Of a stretch of 5,079 nt of DNA, positions 4,761-5,079 are shown in pieces. The stretch is from a virus. The notes under the pieces were generated by a model. That model was not told the DNA's origin and made no database searches. It worked only from the letters and a program-made list of their open reading frames with translations. The stretch is taken from IMG/VR virus record IMGVR_UViG_3300020029_000024, positions 1 to 5,079 of that record; one strand, written 5' to 3'. Each line of letters opens with the position of its first letter. The first letter of the stretch is position 1. A program made the translations under genes and the position numbers.

Positions 4761-4867
4761 GGCGTCGTCGCTTAACTAAACGTGGTTCTCGCCGTCTTTT
4801 CCGGCGTACCTCCAAATCCCGTCGCAGAAATTTCAAGAGAGTAGGACGTGGTGGATTTAGGATTTGA
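4757..4867 (+). CDS. Arginine-rich DNA-binding peptide of 36 aa (phiX174 J-like / chlamydiaphage ORF8-like). It is missing from the ORF track.
   Basis: My own translation is MRRRRLTKRGSRRLFRRTSKSRRRNFKRVGRGGFRI, with 15 Arg, 3 Lys and no acidic residue. SD GGAGGG (4744-4749) lies 7 nt before the ATG at 4757. There is an ATGA start/stop overlap with the upstream ORF. The stop is TGA at 4865-4867. Confidence 0.65.
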   Translation: MRRRRLTKRGSRRLFRRTSKSRRRNFKRVGRGGFRI

Positions 4868-4892
4868 CATTCTGATTTAATCCTGATACAAT
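4864..4892 (+). promoter_or_regulatory. Near-consensus sigma70-type promoter for VP4.
   Basis: TTGACA (4864-4869, overlapping the J-like TGA stop), a 17-nt spacer ending in TGa (extended -10), then TACAAT (4887-4892, 5/6 match). The predicted TSS is near 4899, right at the SD AGGTGA (4899-4904), which lies 5 nt before the ATG at 4910. Confidence 0.6.
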
Positions 4893-4909
4893 CGGTACAG
4901 GTGATTAAT

Positions 4910-5079
4910 ATGGTATGCTATAATCCTATTCTCATGTACCCAGTTGAAGGAGCGATCACGAAAAATGGCAAGCAACATTATTCCTTCTTTGGCAGTCTAA
5001 GCTCTCACCCTGAACTTGCTAACGATAGCCGTTTCATTCGTTGCTCCTGTAAGCAATGCATCGGTTGTCGGCTCGAAAA
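4910..5079 (+). CDS. VP4: Replication initiation protein VP4, N-terminal 56 codons. It runs off the window end and continues at base 122 of the circle.
   Basis: The ATG at 4910 follows an SD. The translation MVCYNPILMYPVEGAITKNGKQHYSFFGSLSSHPELANDSRFIRCSCKQCIGCRLE.. has the typical gokushovirus VP4 N-terminus (C-x-NP, then a Cys cluster). Bases 4959-5079 duplicate 1-121 in the same frame. Confidence 0.9.
   Translation, partial: MVCYNPILMYPVEGAITKNGKQHYSFFGSLSSHPELANDSRFIRCSCKQCIGCRLE
4959..5079. repeat. Terminal direct repeat, copy 2 (identical to 1-121).
   Basis: See copy 1. Identity is 121/121. Confidence 0.95.

Noticed and set aside
4878-4927. Heptamer TAATCCT at 4878-4884 (in the VP4 promoter spacer) and at 4921-4927 (VP4 codons 4-6), with its reverse complement AGGATTA at 2078-2084 upstream of VP1. 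This could be a shared operator motif.
   Set aside because: The motif is too short to be significant. The same TTAATCCTG 9-mer also occurs at 3954-3962, inside the conserved AGLNPV motif of VP2, so chance or coding constraint explains it adequately. Only comparative data could revive the idea.
1-5079. Signs of lysogeny or mobility: integrase, a XerCD/dif-like site as used by enterobacterial gokushovirus prophages, attachment repeats or host flanks. I also looked for tRNA, CRISPR repeats and defence or toxin modules.
   Set aside because: No integrase-like ORF fits in the remaining space. I could not find a dif-like 28-mer (GGTGCGCATAATGTATATTATGTTAAAT, from memory) or its complement by eye. 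The only long repeat is the terminal assembly overlap. A computational motif scan would be needed to exclude a degenerate dif site.

Overview
The window is a complete, circularly permuted genome of a small ssDNA phage of the family Microviridae, with Gokushovirinae-like gene content and order. Bases 1-121 are identical to bases 4959-5079, so the unit genome is 4,958 nt and the contig is a linearised circle. All credible genes lie on the + strand, which is T-rich with strong NNT codon bias. Going round the circle the genes are: replication initiator VP4 (split by the linearisation point: 4910-5079, continuing 122-863), an orphan 80-aa ORF, a VP5-like non-structural protein, scaffold VP3, major capsid VP1 (TTG start), pilot/minor capsid VP2, a 79-aa protein with an N-terminal transmembrane segment, and a 36-aa arginine-rich J/ORF8-like DNA-binding peptide that is absent from the supplied ORF track. 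Non-coding signals include three promoters that share one architecture (perfect TTGACA, 17-nt spacer ending in TGn, then TAnnnT). There is also one rho-independent terminator between VP5 and VP3, followed by a short GC-rich island. The VP3-VP1 spacer holds a long hairpin whose loop carries ACTTGAT, the core of the phiX174 origin nick site as I recall it, plus an AT-rich inverted repeat. I see no tRNA, rRNA, CRISPR array, integrase, transposase or defence system. The unexplained biology is limited to the two small orphan ORFs (one is a candidate lysis or membrane protein, and gokushoviruses have no established lysis gene), the structured intergenic elements (candidate origins) and the promoter/terminator layout. 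All homology calls rest on motif recognition by eye and need HMM or BLAST confirmation.
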